Made by a program: the position numbers and the translations under genes. Positions 53,894-53,949 of a DNA stretch of 53,949 nucleotides are shown in pieces. Numbering within the stretch: position 1 is the first letter of the stretch; the number at the start of each line of letters is the position of its first letter. The DNA comes from an uncultured Oscillospiraceae bacterium (GTDB lineage Bacteria > Bacillota > Clostridia > Christensenellales > CAG-138), in contig CAZNAL010000001.1 of NCBI GenBank assembly GCA_964571055.1, forward strand, positions 33,649 to 87,597, written 5' to 3'. The notes under the pieces were generated by a model that saw nothing but the letters and a program-made list of their open reading frames with translations, made no database searches and was not told the origin of the DNA.

Positions 53894-53949
53894 GTCCTCG
53901 TATTATATAAGAGTAGTAGTTTTTAACGTTCCTCTCCAAGAACGAGCAA

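Overview
This is about 54 kb of chromosomal DNA from a GC-rich Gram-positive, clostridial-type bacterium. That origin is inferred from a T-box-controlled thrS, a ytxC-like sporulation gene, hprK, a lipobox adaptor protein, a sortase-type sorting signal and strong Shine-Dalgarno (SD) sites. I call 47 complete CDS, with many ORF-track starts shortened to the SD-supported ATG. I also call one very low-confidence 23-aa ORF, one window-truncated CDS, one tRNA-Leu(GAG), one T-box riboswitch, one decayed pseudogene, and several near-consensus sigma-A promoters and intrinsic terminators. Gene content in order: a GH9 hydrolase followed by an ABC pair; TetR plus esterase; a GrpB-GNAT fusion; tRNA-Leu; thrS, ytxC, uvrC, cof, hprK and dinB; an RND pump with adaptor; hflKC; a sorted surface protein; tatA-tatA-tatC; ltaE; tex; a REC-GGDEF-EAL protein; larEBC; putP; lysR; a sensor-MFS/GNAT/PP2C operon; an acyltransferase/membrane protein/esterase trio; fpg-like; vat; an Ntn hydrolase; a YhhN protein; a GNAT; and vWA plus a degraded ADP-ribosylglycohydrolase. 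No CRISPR array, rRNA, transposase, integrase, phage or plasmid genes were seen. The most unusual items are these. (1) An 82-nt nested palindrome that contains the tRNA-Leu 3' end and is duplicated 162 nt away, bracketing an 80-nt GC-rich structured spacer. (2) A translationally coupled operon encoding an NHL + Cache sensor fused to an MFS transporter, a GNAT, and a Cache-HAMP-PP2C phosphatase. (3) larEBC with a three-Cys LarE and no larA in the window. (4) A condensation-like acyltransferase, membrane protein and esterase trio. (5) A vWA gene start/stop-coupled to a collapsed ADP-ribosylglycohydrolase. Novelty cannot be established without database searches, and much of the window is ordinary housekeeping DNA.
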